Shown here piece after piece: positions 8,491 through 19,925 of a stretch of 64,000 nucleotides of DNA; position 1 is the first letter of the stretch, and every line of letters starts with the position of its first letter. The translations under genes and the position numbers were made by a program. Source of the DNA: Nitrosopumilus sp. (GTDB lineage Archaea; Thermoproteota; Nitrososphaeria; Nitrososphaerales; Nitrosopumilaceae); NCBI GenBank assembly GCA_965249555.1, contig OZ252243.1:352001-416000 (forward strand). Direction: 5' to 3'. The notes below the pieces were generated by a model. It was not told the DNA's origin. It was given only the letters and a program-made list of their open reading frames with translations, and searched no databases.

Positions 8491-10514
8491 AGATGTGAGT
8501 TTATCTCATCAAGTGTATGTAATGGTAAAGAGCAAGAAAAATCCTTGCAAACAAAAATTGAAGTTTTATCTTCAAAAATTTTCCCTGCAAAGAAAGAATA
8601 CTCGGATAGATTTTCTAACTGGGTGGAATTTTGAATTGTAACCATAAATGAATTGGGCAAATAGGTTGCAAGAAGAGATTTGCAAAGCTCAGAATTTTCC
8701 GTGTTGATAATAGTAATTTCTACAGGTTTTTCTAAATAGATAGAAAGAGTGTTAAGCAAATATCCAAATCCAAATGGATTTTCAGCAGCCATTTGTGCCT
8801 GAGATTCTAGAATTTTTGTGGTAATTTCAAGGAATTTTTGTTCTTGAGACAAATGATACAATCTAAGCATCACAAAAGCAGAGACAGAATTGCCTGATGG
8901 TAAAGACAGATCATAGTTACTTTTTGGTCGAATGATTAGTTTTTCATGTTCATCTGAAGTCATAAAAAAGCTATTGTTCTCAGAATCCCAAAAGTGATTT
9001 ACCAAATGATGTCCCAATTTCAGAGCTAGTTTAAGATATTTTGGTTCAGGTTCAATCTCAAAGATATCTAGTAACGCGTTTGTAAAATAAGAGTAATCTT
9101 CAAGATATCCATCAATTTTTGCAGTTCCATTTTTGTAAGTTCGTAATAGTTTGTCACCTGCAAAAAGATTATTTTCAATTAGAGAAATACAGGCTTTTGC
9201 AGCATCAAGATATCTAGTATCATTTGTTACACGATAACCTTTTGCAAATGCAGTAATCATCAATGAATTCCATGAAACTAAAATCTTATCATCCAAACCA
9301 GGAGGAACTCTAGTTGAACGAACTTTTAATAATTTCTCAGAACATGTGTTTAAAATATCTCTAATTTTTTCTTCTGTAATTCCAAAATTAAAAGCAACAG
9401 TAGAGACATTGAGATTATTACATAAAATGCTGCTTCCCTCCCAATTTCCCCCATCAGTAACATCATAGTAAAGACAAAAGAGATCAGCGTCACTACCAAG
9501 AATTTCTTTTATTTCATTTTTACTCCAAACATAAAATTTTCCTTCAACACCTTCAGAGTCTGCATCATATGCAGAGTAAAATCCACCTTCTGGGGAAGTC
9601 ATTTCACGTAAAACAAAATCAAGTGTTTTTTGTAATACTTCAAGATAAAAAGGATCTTTAGTTATTTGGTATGCTTCTGCATAGTTTACAGGAATTAACG
9701 CATTATCATATAACATCTTTTCAAAATGAGGTACCAACCACTTTGCATCAGTTGAGTATCTATGAAAACCGCCTCCAATCTGATCAAAGATTCCACCCTT
9801 TGCCATTTTCTTGAGAGTTTTGAGCGCAAATTCGTTGAATTGTGAATGGCCTGAAAGCTTTGCATAATGAAACAAAAATGAAACATTTGCAGCATTAGGA
9901 AATTTAGGTGCAGAGCCAAACCCACCATAACTTGAATCACCTAATTGAAGCAAATTCATGGCAGCCTCATCAAGTATTATTCGTTCTAATTTTGATGGAA
10001 CTTTGATTGCCTCTGCTTTGTTTAATGTATCAAGAAATTTCTGAGCTGATTTTTCAATGTCTTTTGGTTTTTCTTTCCATGCTTGTGAGAGTTGTCTGCA
10101 AATACTTCCAAAACCTGGACGTCCATAGGAATCCAATACAGGAAAGTAAGTTCCAGCATAGAATGGTTTTTGATCTGGAGTAAGAAAGATGCTCAATGGC
10201 CAGCCACCTTGACCGGTTGCAATTTGGCATACTTTTTGATAGATATCATCAATGTCTGGTCTTTCTTCTCTGTCTACTTTGATATTTACAAAATTCTCAT
10301 TCATAAATTTTGCAACTTCTTCATTTTCAAATGATTCGTGTGCCATTACATGACACCAATGACATGCACTATATCCAATACTTAGAAAAATTGGTTTATT
10401 TTCCTCTTTTGCTTTTTTTAATGCCTCATCATTCCATGCATACCATTGTACAGGATTGTTTGCATGTTGAAGCAAATAGGGACTAGTTTCTTTAATGAGA
10501 TTATTTTCGGCCAT
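8487..10514 (-). CDS. Thioredoxin-domain protein of the YyaL/SSP411 (DUF255) family
   Basis: [52 protein letters not shown]. Confidence 0.95.
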   Translation of the reverse strand: MAENNLIKETSPYLLQHANNPVQWYAWNDEALKKAKEENKPIFLSIGYSACHWCHVMAHESFENEEVAKFMNENFVNIKVDREERPDIDDIYQKVCQIATGQGGWPLSIFLTPDQKPFYAGTYFPVLDSYGRPGFGSICRQLSQAWKEKPKDIEKSAQKFLDTLNKAEAIKVPSKLERIILDEAAMNLLQLGDSSYGGFGSAPKFPNAANVSFLFHYAKLSGHSQFNEFALKTLKKMAKGGIFDQIGGGFHRYSTDAKWLVPHFEKMLYDNALIPVNYAEAYQITKDPFYLEVLQKTLDFVLREMTSPEGGFYSAYDADSEGVEGKFYVWSKNEIKEILGSDADLFCLYYDVTDGGNWEGSSILCNNLNVSTVAFNFGITEEKIRDILNTCSEKLLKVRSTRVPPGLDDKILVSWNSLMITAFAKGYRVTNDTRYLDAAKACISLIENNLFAGDKLLRTYKNGTAKIDGYLEDYSYFTNALLDIFEIEPEPKYLKLALKLGHHLVNHFWDSENNSFFMTSDEHEKLIIRPKSNYDLSLPSGNSVSAFVMLRLYHLSQEQKFLEITTKILESQAQMAAENPFGFGYLLNTLSIYLEKPVEITIINTENSELCKSLLATYLPNSFMVTIQNSTQLENLSEYSFFAGKIFEDKTSIFVCKDFSCSLPLHTLDEINSHL

Positions 10515-10560
10515 AGTTAATCAAAATCGTTAGAATATTTGTACCTAATTGGGATAATCA

Positions 10561-10803
10561 TTACCAGATGCCCCTTCCTTCTGTAATTTCGTAAATCCGG
10601 ACATTAATTTTTCCAAGTAATTTCACTTTTGATTTATGGGCTTTTTTGTCATGACTGTAATCTTTTTTTTCAACTAGTTCTTGTAATCGCTTTAATTGCT
10701 CTAAAGTTAATTTCTTGAATTCATGTTTGGAATTTGTAATGAGTCGTAATAGTTTTACTCTTTCACGATCGTCCTTTGTAATTTCAGTCATGAAATAATA
10801 CAC
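10561..10803 (-). CDS. Small basic hypothetical protein
   Basis: 80-aa ORF co-oriented with the next gene. Confidence 0.65.
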   Translation of the reverse strand: MYYFMTEITKDDRERVKLLRLITNSKHEFKKLTLEQLKRLQELVEKKDYSHDKKAHKSKVKLLGKINVRIYEITEGRGIW

Positions 10804-10851
10804 AGTACTAGTCCTTTATTTTTCTAATGAGCAAATCTTAAAATTTCGTGC

Positions 10852-11901
10852 TTGATTTTGGACATTATGGTAAAAATGCGTGCAATGGTACTTTCTGAAT
10901 GTGCAAAAATAGAGACAAACCCATTGAAACTCACTGAAATAGATAGACATGAAATTCAAAGATCAAATGAAATTTTATTAAAAATTGAAGCTTGTGGAGT
11001 TTGTCACTCACAGCTTCATGGAATTGAAGGAGATTGGAAAGATATTGGAATTCCACCAACCCTTCCAATAGTTCCAGGCCATGAACTAGTTGGAAAAGTA
11101 GTTGAAATTGGTGAAAATGTTTCAAAATTCAAAGTTGGAGATAGAGCAGGAATCACACCACTGTTAGAGTCATGCAGAGATTGTCAGTATTGTAAAGAAG
11201 GGAAAGAAAATCTTTGTGAGTCATCAACAATTACAGGGGAATCATTCAAGGGAGGATACACAGAATACATTACAGTGACAGAAGATTTTGCAACTAAAGT
11301 TCCAGAAAGTATGAAACCTGAATATGCAGCACCGTTATTTTGTGCTGGAATCACAGCATACAAAGCAGTCAAAGCTGCAGAACCAAAACTAAATAAAAAA
11401 ATTGGAATTTTTGGAATTGGTGGAGTTGGCCACATGGCAATACAGTTTGCCAAGGTGGAAAATTGTGATGTGATTGCATTTTCTAGAACTCAAAATCATC
11501 TAGACGTTGCAAAAAGGTTAGGTGCAATAGATGCAATGACTTTTTCTGAAAATCAACAAGAATTACTTGGTAAACTAAAAGAGAAACACGGAATGCTTGA
11601 TGCTGCCATAGTTTTTGCACCAGCAGATGTTGTAACGGATACTGCGATAAAATCAGTAAAGAAGGGAGGATTAATTGTGATTGCAACAGTTGGAGAAAAC
11701 CCAGCATTTATGGCGTTTGAAGAAAAGACAATCAGAGGAACTCTGATAGGTACAACAAAAGACATGGAGCAGGTAATCAAGATATGTGACGAAAAAAATA
11801 TCGAAGTAATCTCTCAGATATTTCCATTAGAGAGTGCAAACAAAGTACTCAAAAAATTAAAAAATTCAGAAATTGAGGCTAGAGCAGTCTTAATTCCTTA
11901 A
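10852..11901 (+). CDS. Zinc-dependent alcohol dehydrogenase (MDR family)
   Basis: CGVCHS, GHE, structural Zn motif C-x2-C-x2-C-x7-C, Rossmann GIGGVG. Confidence 0.95.
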   Translation: MILDIMVKMRAMVLSECAKIETNPLKLTEIDRHEIQRSNEILLKIEACGVCHSQLHGIEGDWKDIGIPPTLPIVPGHELVGKVVEIGENVSKFKVGDRAGITPLLESCRDCQYCKEGKENLCESSTITGESFKGGYTEYITVTEDFATKVPESMKPEYAAPLFCAGITAYKAVKAAEPKLNKKIGIFGIGGVGHMAIQFAKVENCDVIAFSRTQNHLDVAKRLGAIDAMTFSENQQELLGKLKEKHGMLDAAIVFAPADVVTDTAIKSVKKGGLIVIATVGENPAFMAFEEKTIRGTLIGTTKDMEQVIKICDEKNIEVISQIFPLESANKVLKKLKNSEIEARAVLIP

Positions 11902-11937
11902 CTTTCGGCTTAAATATTGGAGAATTGATTTTTTGAT

Positions 11938-12090
11938 ATGAACTGTAAGAGATGTCACCATACAGATGAAGTACATATACCAAGTGACGATAGCAGTTCA
12001 ATTATCAAGGTAGGTAGATGTCAAATCCCAACATGCACATGCCAACAGTATTTGGATCCGATTCAAAAAATTGATGAAGACCTGTTGTAA
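11938..12090 (+). CDS. 50-aa Cys/His-rich putative zinc-binding protein (not in the ORF track)
   Basis: MNCKRCHHTDEVH...GRCQIPTCTCQQY...*, with TTAAATAT upstream. Confidence 0.7.
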   Translation: MNCKRCHHTDEVHIPSDDSSSIIKVGRCQIPTCTCQQYLDPIQKIDEDLL

Positions 12091-12122
12091 CGATTCATAT
12101 ATCAAAATCTTTTCAGAGTATT

Positions 12123-12356
12123 ATGGATAAACACAAGCCATCAGATGAAATGATTAAAGATCTGGACAACATTCTATCAAAACTCAATGCGATGGAGATT
12201 GTTGCATCAGATGATTATCAAAAAAGTTCGATTAAGATTATGAGAGCACTGGTGGATGGTCAAATGCACTCAATCAATGAATTCCAACATCTGAAAAAAG
12301 CAATGGACTTGTTAATGTTACAATTGTTTGATGTACAAAACAAAGTCAAGAGTTAA
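12123..12356 (+). CDS. Small helical hypothetical protein
   Basis: 77-aa ORF. Confidence 0.7.
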   Translation: MDKHKPSDEMIKDLDNILSKLNAMEIVASDDYQKSSIKIMRALVDGQMHSINEFQHLKKAMDLLMLQLFDVQNKVKS

Positions 12357-12954
12357 GCTTGGTATCACTTATTCCACAACCAGTGCAACGATAAAGAGTG
12401 GATTTTCCAAGAACTTTTTCAGGTTTCATTTCAGAACCACAACAAGGACAAGAAAATTTTTCTGATTCTAAACTTGGTTTTTCTGTTGTTCGAGTGACAT
12501 AATCAGGGGTTACTTTAGGGATGTCATCAGAATTACAAGGTGGTTTGTAATGAGTAATTATCCTTTTGAGTACATTTTGCCTATAATCATTAGTTGATTC
12601 AAACATAGGCAGTATTGCAAGATGTAATGATTTTTCAGATCCTGATTGTTTGATCCAGCATTTGAATTGTGAATGTTGAACAAAAAAAGACTTGTCATCA
12701 GTCTTTTCGCAATCACCAGCATAGACTATTTTGAAATTGTCTTGATCTCTAGACATAACCAGGTAGACCAGTTTTTCCATTGGAGGCCCCCATTCATCAA
12801 GAGGGATAGGTCCAAGAAACTCATACTGAAGAATTTGAATACTCAATAAAGGTATTTTTGAGCACTCTCTTTTCTTTTTTTCCCAAAAAACCACACTGGT
12901 ACCACTAATTTGATCGCAAAATCCAGACTTGAAAAGATTAAATTCAAGAGTCAT
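12346..12954 (-). CDS. Hypothetical protein with GIY-YIG-like fold and C-terminal Zn ribbon; true start probably near 12847
   Basis: LVYLV...IVYAGD...YKPPCN pattern, plus CPCC-x17-CTGC. Confidence 0.6.
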   Translation of the reverse strand: MTLEFNLFKSGFCDQISGTSVVFWEKKKRECSKIPLLSIQILQYEFLGPIPLDEWGPPMEKLVYLVMSRDQDNFKIVYAGDCEKTDDKSFFVQHSQFKCWIKQSGSEKSLHLAILPMFESTNDYRQNVLKRIITHYKPPCNSDDIPKVTPDYVTRTTEKPSLESEKFSCPCCGSEMKPEKVLGKSTLYRCTGCGISDTKLNS

Positions 12955-12967
12955 GGATTTTTCGTAA

Positions 12968-13222
12968 ATGGCAAAGTATGGTAATCATGCACAAGCAGGA
13001 TTTGGCATGATTGTAGTTGCTGCAAGTCTTGCAGCAATTGGTCTCATAGCATTAGGAATTGGTGAGGATGTACTCTTTGCAGATAACATGCAAAGAGAAA
13101 ACACATCTCATTTCAATGAATGCAAGGAAAATGATTTCAACCAAGATGGTTGTGAAGTATACTGGGATAGAATCAACACTGAAATCTCAGGAATTCATGT
13201 AGACCTAGATAATGAAAATTAG
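12968..13222 (+). CDS. Small membrane-anchored hypothetical protein
   Basis: N-terminal TM helix followed by an acidic tail with two Cys. Confidence 0.7.
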   Translation: MAKYGNHAQAGFGMIVVAASLAAIGLIALGIGEDVLFADNMQRENTSHFNECKENDFNQDGCEVYWDRINTEISGIHVDLDNEN

Positions 13223-13929
13223 AGTCCATTAGCATAGTCTTGTAGCATGTTTTGATTTTTTGTAAGTTTATTCATTGCATAAAATGCACCACCAACAATT
13301 CCTGCTTGATAAAAGGTATACAAGAAAACACCAGATGATGTAGGATCGGAGTGTGTGAAGCTTAAAGCAAGCATTGAAAAGAATACAAATGTTCCAACAA
13401 AGGTTACCATTCTATTTAAAAATCCAGTAGTCATTCCAACAACTCTTTTGCTAGCTGCTGCCATCAATGTAATGCTAGTAATTATCATAAAAGTGGCGCC
13501 ACCGTTTGCTGTGACAAATTTATTTAACCAAGGCAAAAGTCCGTCTTCTAAAATTGTGACATCAGGGATTACACTACCTCCATTTATGGCAAAGTTTACA
13601 GAACTAAACATACCGCCAATAACAAAAATAAACAAGAATAGTTTTACGATTGAACTTTTTAATGGACTACGCAGTTCTGAAGGTTTTACTGCTCGCTGTG
13701 TAATTCGAACCCCGTAAAGAAATCCTACTGCCATTGCAGGAATGAACATGATATTGATCAAAATTGGAGATTCTTTGTTTATAGACTCAATTTGAGGGTA
13801 AAAAATTAGAAATGCAATAACTGCAAGGGAGGCTGAACTGCCAAATAATATCATGCCTAGATATTTGTGACTATTTGACTCAGAGTGGCTATTCCAATTG
13901 TACATTTTAAGAATTCTTAAGAAAATCAT
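13219..13929 (-). CDS. Multi-pass membrane protein
   Basis: About six hydrophobic segments. Confidence 0.75.
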   Translation of the reverse strand: MIFLRILKMYNWNSHSESNSHKYLGMILFGSSASLAVIAFLIFYPQIESINKESPILINIMFIPAMAVGFLYGVRITQRAVKPSELRSPLKSSIVKLFLFIFVIGGMFSSVNFAINGGSVIPDVTILEDGLLPWLNKFVTANGGATFMIITSITLMAAASKRVVGMTTGFLNRMVTFVGTFVFFSMLALSFTHSDPTSSGVFLYTFYQAGIVGGAFYAMNKLTKNQNMLQDYANGL

Positions 13930-14008
13930 TAAAGGCTAAATCGAAAAATCATTTGGTCAAATTATCAATTCTGTTTACCCTTTTTAGCAGAAATCAAACA
14001 GATCATTC

Positions 14009-14218
14009 ATGAAAGAAGTAAAGTCACTAGTCACAATAGGCACCATTATCTTGATTTTTGGTCTAATCTTTCACCTTCAAGGACAATCAATAGTAGGACC
14101 AGAGTCATCATTCATGTATTCCAATCCAGATTGGATTGCATATGGAATTCAAATTGCAATAGTAGGAATCATAATAGTTGCAGCAGGAATAGGAATCAGG
14201 ATAATTAAAAGAAATTAG
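14009..14218 (+). CDS. Small two-TM membrane protein
   Basis: Two TM helices around QGQSIVGPESSFMY. Confidence 0.7.
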   Translation: MKEVKSLVTIGTIILIFGLIFHLQGQSIVGPESSFMYSNPDWIAYGIQIAIVGIIIVAAGIGIRIIKRN

Positions 14219-14454
14219 TTTGTCACACGAAGCGTAATAGTGCTCCTAATTTTTTGCATCTTTCTAATTTTAGATGTAATTATTTCATTCATTTGTGAGG
14301 GAGTGTCTGTGACAAATTCTGCAACAATATCATAACTACCATAAGTTATCAAACAACTTTTGACTTCGGGGATCTCTTTTAGCTGGGAATAAAGTAATTG
14401 CTCTTCTCCAATTTCACAACTAATTAGCATGTAGGCTTTGTCCATCTCAATCAC
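14215..14454 (-). CDS. Lrp/AsnC ligand-binding domain protein
   Basis: AYMLI...IPEV...TYGSYDIVA...IRSTITL. Confidence 0.9.
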   Translation of the reverse strand: MIEMDKAYMLISCEIGEEQLLYSQLKEIPEVKSCLITYGSYDIVAEFVTDTPSQMNEIITSKIRKMQKIRSTITLRVTN

Positions 14455-14515
14455 ATTTTCTAAAAAAATACACTAACTTAAAGACATCTAAGAAATCGTT
14501 TTTTCAAAACAGATC

Positions 14516-15712
14516 TCAAAAACCAGCAATAATTGGATCTTTGGGTTTCATTATTTCTCTCAACAAGATTGTTGCAAAAGAACCTCTAGATAATGAAACT
14601 TCTATCGTAGTATCATATGATGAATAATTAGTACAATGTATTGCAGCTTGTCTAAAACCACCTTCGCTACTTACTTCCTGCATCTCTTTTATGAAAAAGT
14701 CCTGGGGGGCAATTTCTTCTTGTTCTAGTATTTTAGAAATTTGATAGTCAAATCTTGTTTTTTTATAATACGAATATCCAACAAACGGTAATGCTAGATG
14801 CTGATCTAGTCCTTTCACATATTTTCCAATTATTCCATGAAAATCAAAACAAACATCACTTGGTTGTGCTTCAAATAGATTTTCACCATCAGAAAAAGCT
14901 GAACTTAGAGACTGATTAAAGAGAAAAGACTGATACGCATGAATGTAAAATCTTCGCAACGATATCTGAATAGAGCGGATTGCACGAAGTGCATCACCGT
15001 GTTTGATCATTTCTTTTAGAACAACTCTTTCAATATCCATTTGATATGGAACCTGATCAAAATATTTTTCATAGTTTTCATCATCAGAGAGTTTTTCACG
15101 AATCTCAGTATTTTCTTTAGAGTCATAGGGTGATGTGAAAGATAAAATCAGATCAACTGCTTTTTTGAAATCCCTCTGCAAAATGGCCTTTCCAATAAGA
15201 TGAGTTACAGGTCTTTTTGAACCAAAGCGCTGATAACCATAAAAATTCAGAATTTTCCCAGAGTCGGTAAAAGAAGACAAATCATTTGAACAGTCAGAGA
15301 TTTTTATTTTGAAATGATTTGATATCATATCTTTTTTAGATAATGGTTTTTTTACAAAGCCGATTTTTTTAAGAGAATACTTGTCAGTGGAAAAATCGTC
15401 AGTTGCTTTTCCTTTATTTCCAGAGCAAACAAATTGTTCAGTTATGGCAGATGCATCTTTTAATCCGAGAGACTTTAAGCGAATTCCTTTTTTCCTAAAG
15501 ACATCAGATAAAGCATGATTGGTATCAATTTTTTTCTTTTTTAGTTTGTAGACGGCATAGCCTTCTGAATCATTTATGGATTTTTGTGCTCTCTCAGAAA
15601 TTATTTCAGATACTTGAAAATCTTCAGGTTCAATTCTAATTTTTCCTCCAATTCCAGTAAATTCTGTACTGTAAACAGTGATACCAATTTGAGAATCTAA
15701 ATTTGGTATCAC
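14516..15712 (-). CDS. truD: tRNA pseudouridine(13) synthase
   Basis: PEDFQVSE, GLKDASAIT, NFYGYQRFG, LSRGSFAT. Confidence 0.95.
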   Translation of the reverse strand: MIPNLDSQIGITVYSTEFTGIGGKIRIEPEDFQVSEIISERAQKSINDSEGYAVYKLKKKKIDTNHALSDVFRKKGIRLKSLGLKDASAITEQFVCSGNKGKATDDFSTDKYSLKKIGFVKKPLSKKDMISNHFKIKISDCSNDLSSFTDSGKILNFYGYQRFGSKRPVTHLIGKAILQRDFKKAVDLILSFTSPYDSKENTEIREKLSDDENYEKYFDQVPYQMDIERVVLKEMIKHGDALRAIRSIQISLRRFYIHAYQSFLFNQSLSSAFSDGENLFEAQPSDVCFDFHGIIGKYVKGLDQHLALPFVGYSYYKKTRFDYQISKILEQEEIAPQDFFIKEMQEVSSEGGFRQAAIHCTNYSSYDTTIEVSLSRGSFATILLREIMKPKDPIIAGF

Positions 15713-17310
15713 TCTATGGTCACTGTAACAAATTTGCTGATTGCAATTTCAGGAGATTGTACTCCAAGTAGAACTTTGTATGTGCCAGGTATAGCATCTT
15801 CTGATGCTGTGATAGTTGTATGAATTGATCTAGAAGCATCAGAATCTAATTGAAATGTATCAGGAGAATCATTGTCAAGATTGACATTCAAAAACTCATT
15901 GGTAGGAGATAGAACTAATGAAACTACCAGTATGTCTTTTTGTGATTTGGGATGTACAACAAAGTTGAAAGGTAGTGTTTCCCCAATGGTAAGATTCACG
16001 GTATCGGATTCTAGTTGAATTTCAATTGGTAGGGGAATAGAGGTATCAACTACTCCAATGTTATTTTCAACCCATTCTGTAAACCAAATTTTCTCACCAT
16101 CTATAGCAAAATCAAAGATTTGAGCCAAACCACAATCATCCAACATCATACCAGTTCCAGGATCACAGTCACCCCAATTGGGATTCTTTGATGGAACATG
16201 ATATTCTACAAGAGACTGAGATTTTGGATCCATCACAGAGATGTTGTTTGAAGTTTGTTCATTAAAAACAAGGCGTCCTTGTTCATCAGCGTCAATCCAA
16301 TAAGGTCTAGAAATTGGGGATTTGATAATTCCTGTTTGATTTCCATATGTACCAGGCAATGGTTCAGATGTAACATATTGAGTGAATTCCTCAGTGTGAG
16401 GATCAAAATTAAAGAAGAAAGACGATGTTGTATCTGCTAACCAAATAGTTCCATCACTAGTTACTACTGCTCCATTTGGGGTAAGTAATTCGGGTGGCAA
16501 TGCATAGACTTCAATAAAGTCAGTTAAAGGAAGAAATTGTTCATTAGAATTTGCAACAGAATCAAAATATCCATTTTGATTAAATTTAACTAAAACCCCA
16601 CCTTGTTGGAATAACCAATTTGTAAACCAGACATTGTCATTTTCATCTATGGTAAAATCTGCAGTTACAGAATTATCAACAGGAGACGGAATACTAAGAT
16701 AATTTACATCACCACTAGATTGAGATGGATCCAAGAATGTAAGTTTGTTTCCAGTAAAATCATTAATAATAATTTGAGAGCCATAGAGTTGAAGTTTTTG
16801 TGGTAAAGAGTTTCCTTCAGTAGGATATCCTAATCGCTCATATTTTTCATCAATAGTTGAGAATTTCCATACTGAATCATATGCTTCATCAGTAAACCAT
16901 ACAGAACCATCTGGCGCATAATCAATTCCCCACATCATAGAACGGCCACCTGGTGGCCATAAAGGATTATCATACTCTGTAAATCTTTCAGTGATTGGAT
17001 CAAATTTTGCTAGTTTACCTGTATTTGTTTGAGTGAACCAAACATTTCCATCATAATCTGTCACAACTGCCAATGGATTTGTACACGGTGTTGGAATTGA
17101 GAATTCTTGAACATAATCAGTAGACTTTGCATTACCAGAACCACAAAACTGAGCACGTTTATCATCAGGAAAATTATCAGCTGGTGTTCCAGTGATAGTA
17201 GACTCTGGATTATCTGAAGGGGGAGGCAACATCATACTTTGCAGCCCAAAACCTGAAGTTACCATAATTCCACCAAAAAAGAAAACCACTACGAGTCCTT
17301 TTTTCTTCAT
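15709..17310 (-). CDS. Secreted Vgb (virginiamycin B lyase)-like beta-propeller protein
   Basis: Repeated DGNVWFT/DGSVWFT/KIWFTE blades, N-terminal TM, C-terminal Ig-like domain. Confidence 0.8.
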   Translation of the reverse strand: MKKKGLVVVFFFGGIMVTSGFGLQSMMLPPPSDNPESTITGTPADNFPDDKRAQFCGSGNAKSTDYVQEFSIPTPCTNPLAVVTDYDGNVWFTQTNTGKLAKFDPITERFTEYDNPLWPPGGRSMMWGIDYAPDGSVWFTDEAYDSVWKFSTIDEKYERLGYPTEGNSLPQKLQLYGSQIIINDFTGNKLTFLDPSQSSGDVNYLSIPSPVDNSVTADFTIDENDNVWFTNWLFQQGGVLVKFNQNGYFDSVANSNEQFLPLTDFIEVYALPPELLTPNGAVVTSDGTIWLADTTSSFFFNFDPHTEEFTQYVTSEPLPGTYGNQTGIIKSPISRPYWIDADEQGRLVFNEQTSNNISVMDPKSQSLVEYHVPSKNPNWGDCDPGTGMMLDDCGLAQIFDFAIDGEKIWFTEWVENNIGVVDTSIPLPIEIQLESDTVNLTIGETLPFNFVVHPKSQKDILVVSLVLSPTNEFLNVNLDNDSPDTFQLDSDASRSIHTTITASEDAIPGTYKVLLGVQSPEIAISKFVTVTIE

Positions 17311-17361
17311 ATCTCAAAAACTATAGAGCCTTGTTATATCTTATTCCAAAAAAGTGTAAAG

Positions 17362-17715
17362 TTATAATAGTTTCAGATCGCCAGTAATTTTATCAATCAG
17401 ATTTTCAGGAGCTGGGCCAATTGAGATACATGTTGTTGTTCCAGGTGCTATCTGTGTATGTCCTGCATCTGTGACTTCAGACCATGGAAGATTCAAATCA
17501 ATTGCGTGTCTTTTAATTTCTTGTAAATCTTTGATACTAGGAACTTTCAGGACAACCTTCTCTTGTCCATTCCACCAGTCACCATACCATTCAGGATGAG
17601 ATTTTCTCACATGCTCTGCACCAAGAACACAAGCATGCCCTACTTGTGCTGCTATCTTTCCTTTCCCCATATCTAGATCAGTTCTAACAATAATTACTTG
17701 TTTGATATCGCCCAT
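17362..17715 (-). CDS. pth2: Peptidyl-tRNA hydrolase Pth2
   Basis: KQVIIVRTDLDMGKGKIAAQVGHA, DAGHTQIAPGT. Confidence 0.95.
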   Translation of the reverse strand: MGDIKQVIIVRTDLDMGKGKIAAQVGHACVLGAEHVRKSHPEWYGDWWNGQEKVVLKVPSIKDLQEIKRHAIDLNLPWSEVTDAGHTQIAPGTTTCISIGPAPENLIDKITGDLKLL

Positions 17716-17982
17716 GTTGTAATCAAATACAGGCTTGATGTAAAACTTTTGATTTACGATAAATAGTGAGTATTAAAAGGAAATTCAGAAAAAGTATCTA
17801 AGCAAAGAGCAGAATCACCCAAAACTAGACAGATTTTTTACGACATTAAACTAATTGTGTAGTGGGATTTTTGGTTCAGTTATGTATGAAATTGAATGAA
17901 TTCAGAATTATTTTGTATTAAGCAAGGTTTTGAAAAATCCAAAAACATTTTCAAAAAATGAATTTTCTTGTGACAGTTTTTC

Positions 17983-18114
17983 ATCTGTTTTAATCGCGTG
18001 ACATAATCCATTTACCAATTCAGTTCCAGCACCACATGTTGGTTCTTTATCTGTTTTAATCGCGTGACATAATCCATTTACCAATTCAGTTCCAGCACCA
18101 CATGTTGGTTCTTT
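17983..18114. repeat. Two exact 66-bp tandem copies encoding KEPTCGAGTELVNGLCHAIKTD
   Basis: 17983-18048 is identical to 18049-18114. Confidence 0.95.
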
Positions 18115-19925
18115 AGATTCAGGTATTGATGGTGATTCAAGGGTATTTGTGGATAAAGATGAAACATCAGAATCATTGTTATCAGAATTCAAAATAGATG
18201 ATACAGATTCATCTAATCCTACAGCTTGATAAATTGAATCATATTGGGAATAATTTGTGTCAAACCATTCTTTGTATGATTCCTCACTGTTGTATCTGTC
18301 AACATAGTATTGAGGATCGTTATCAGGATCTACAAATGATGCAATAGTTTCTGTCAAGTCAGTAGTTGGAATTTCTTCAGCGGTTGTAATAAAATCAAAA
18401 GTAGATTCCACTGAATTGCCCAAATATGTGCTCTTAATAGTATATTTTCCATCTAATTTCCACAATCCACCATCAGTAGAATATTGTTTATCAAAATCAG
18501 TATTTTCAGGTAAAAATTGATCTATAGTTAATTGAGTGTTGAAAGGATCTAAAATTTGTGTAATAAGGTATTCATTAGAAATGACATCACAGAGTTCTAT
18601 CGAAACAGATACTTTTTCACCTTTAGTATATGATGTATCATCTAAATGAATTGAAATTTCAGAGTTATCAATACAAGAACCTTCTGCAATTTCAGTAGTT
18701 GTGTCTGTAATGGTCTCAGTAGTTGTCGTTTCTTCAGATGATACAAACAGTACAGATTTTTCACCATAATATTGTCCATGCTCAATTCTAATTGTGTATG
18801 TGCCTTCAACAAAATTATCAGTGGAATTTACTAAATACTCTGTATTATTAGAAAAAACATCACTTGTTGCAGTAGTTCCAATAGATGTGATAACTATAAT
18901 CGTTGTATCTACTTCTGAAGAATAATCAGGAACAATCCAATTTGCATCTATTGCATCACCCACAACATAAGTGGATTTATCACTATGCACCTTAATTTGA
19001 TCAATGGATCCCAAGATTGCCTCAGAATCGACAATTACTGTAATAGTTCCAGTATTATTTCCGTCAATAATATCATCAATCATATACTCAAATGATGTTG
19101 TACCAAGAAATCCCGAATCAGGGGTAAATGTTATCGTGTTATCGTCGTTGACTGTGGCAAGTCCATCAGGACTAGATACATCAGGAATTGTGACATACAG
19201 TTTATCGTCATTCAAATCGGTGTTATCATTAATTACTGTAAATGATACAGATGTGTCTTTGTTCACATGCTCAGAGAAATCTAATGCGGTGGGCGGGGAA
19301 CCAATTGTTGCTATGATAGAGAAGGATTTTTTATTGTATTCAATTACAGCAGATCTTCCAGATTCTGTTTCTGGATTAATTATTAAATTTGCAGTACCAT
19401 TTTTGTCATAATTTACAAAAGACCCGGAATTAGGCGTTATCTCAGTAAATGTTATTGGATAATAACTGTGAGATATGGTGTCGGTTCCTAAATCTATTGT
19501 GTCATCCGAATTGTCCTTGTTCTCCAAAATAGTATAATCATTGTCTTGCAAAATAACCGCTACATAAGAAGCACTTTGAGAATTTGGGTTTAAAAATAAA
19601 ATACCATTATCATCAAACATCATAGTTGCTAAATTTTGTCCATCTTGAATGTTAATGGCACCTGTTGTTCCATCTGCTTCTTTGTGCCCATCTTCATTAA
19701 ACAATTGGTAATAGAATCCATCTGAATCTGACGTTGAAGCCCATGTCCAAGAATCTTCATCAGTAGGATCTATGTTTAACATGACATCTAAAAGGTCTAT
19801 CTTGACATCCTCCCCTGTACGATAAGATGTCTTAGCTAATGTCATTGTAGCAAATTCACCAGCGGTATCAAATGTCAATTCCACTGATTGAATACCATTG
19901 TGTCGGTCATAGTTTACAGTTACAT

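Noticed and set aside
15709-17310. Streptogramin resistance gene
   Set aside because: It shares only the Vgb-like propeller fold and is a secreted protein in core context.
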